A stretch of 63,892 nt of DNA, the filler included, from Octopus bimaculoides (lineage: Eukaryota), in the NCBI RefSeq assembly GCF_001194135.2. It is 5 parts of 4 records of this genome, joined end to end, with 100 filler letters (N's around TTAATTAATTAA, not from the genome) between each part and the next. Parts side by side here need not be neighbours in the genome. Positions count along the whole stretch, not along the records: positions 59,094 to 63,892 come from NC_068981.1; 4 more parts are not named here. One strand, 5' to 3'. Made by a program: the position numbers and the translations under genes. Of this stretch, positions 62,920 through 63,892 are shown piece by piece (positions within the stretch are counted from its first letter, which is position 1; each line of letters begins with the position of its first letter). The notes under the pieces are model-generated. The model did no database searches. It worked only from the letters and a program-made list of their open reading frames with translations, and was not told the origin of the DNA.

Positions 62920-63835
62920 TATAGCTGCTAGAATAAGAATAGCCTGGGCAAAGTTCAGAGAGCTCTTACCTCTGCTGGTGACAAAGGATCTCTCTCTCAG
63001 AGTAAAAGGCTGACTGTATGACGCATGTGTACGAACAGCCATGCTTCATGACAGTGAAACATGGGCCGTGACTGCTGAAGACATGCGTAGGCTCACAAGG
63101 AATGAAGCCAGTATGCTCCAATGGATGTGTTATGTCAGTGTGCATACTAGACAGAGTGTAAGTACCTTGAGAGAAAAGTTGAACATAAGAAGCATCAGCT
63201 GTGTTGTGCAAGAGAGGCGATTGCGTTGGTATGGTCATGTGGCGAGAATGGACGAGGATAACTGTGTGAAAAAGTGTCACACCCTAGCAGTTGAGGGAAT
63301 CCGAGGAAGAGGTAGGCTCAGGCAGACCTGGGATGAGGTGGTGAGGCAAGACCTTCGAACATTGGGCCTCACCAGGGCGATGACTTCTGACCAAGACCTT
63401 TGGAAATATGCAGTGCATGAGAAGACCCGGCAAGCCAAGTGAGACCTAAATCCAAGGCCTCTGCCAGGGGTGTAGCCAGCCCACTTATGCGTACCTTCTT
63501 TTCATTGGACACGAAACTCAGCTTGCGAAGATGTGTTGGAGCAAGCAAAAGTGAAATTGTGATGGCACCTGTGCCCAGTGTTGCCTTTCTGGCACTTGTG
63601 CCCATGGCATGTGTAAGGACTTTTGAGCGAGATCGTTGCCAGTATTGCCTGACTGGCCTTCGTGCCGGTGGCATGTAAAAGCACCCACTTCACTCTCGGA
63701 GCAGTTGGCGTTAGGAAGGGCATCCAGCTGTAGAAACTCTGCCAAATCAGATTGGAGCCTGGTGTATCCATTTGGCTTCACCAGTCCTCAGTCAAATCGT
63801 CCAACCCATGGTAGCATGGAAAGCGGACCTTAAAC

Positions 63836-63866
<31 letters not shown>

Positions 63867-63867
63867 T
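62920..63867 (+). mobile_element. Second RTE-clade LINE: ORF C-terminus, about 400-bp 3' UTR and (GAT)n tail
   Basis: Translation gives RIRIAWAKFRELLPLL, LYDACVRTAMLHDSETW and RRLRWYGHVARM...RGRGRLRQTWDEVV, with the stop at 63442. Confidence 0.9.
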
Positions 63868-63892
63868 ATATAAACGTATGTATAAATATATA

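Overview
AT-rich, microsatellite-dense eukaryotic draft-genome sequence. About 12 kb (roughly a fifth) is N, and most gaps are flanked by simple repeats. The repeat repertoire (tRNA-derived SINE families, Penelope-like elements, RTE LINEs, extreme microsatellite load) suggests a coleoid cephalopod, probably Octopus; this is inference, no search was run. Four identical 100-bp artificial linkers (N44-TTAATTAATTAA-N44) split the window into five separately assembled pieces, so adjacency across them is not evidence of biology. No host protein-coding gene can be supported: the long ORFs in the track are microsatellite or N translations or transposon remnants. Supported content is three Penelope-like fragments (two RT, one GIY-YIG), two Tc1-type copies whose combined catalytic spacing is DD36E (Incomer-like; one complete with TIRs and TA TSD), R4/Dong-like and other restriction-like-endonuclease non-LTR fragments embedded in microsatellites, a deleted Gypsy element, hAT, Chapaev3-like, Tigger-like and Helitron pieces, CR1 and Tx1-like fragments, two RTE families (one largely intact) and over 20 SINE copies. 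The most notable observations are four minimal hammerhead-ribozyme-like motifs, the DD36E element in an apparent mollusc, apparent microsatellite targeting by two RLE retrotransposon families, and a foldback hairpin element. Most repeat boundaries are approximate.
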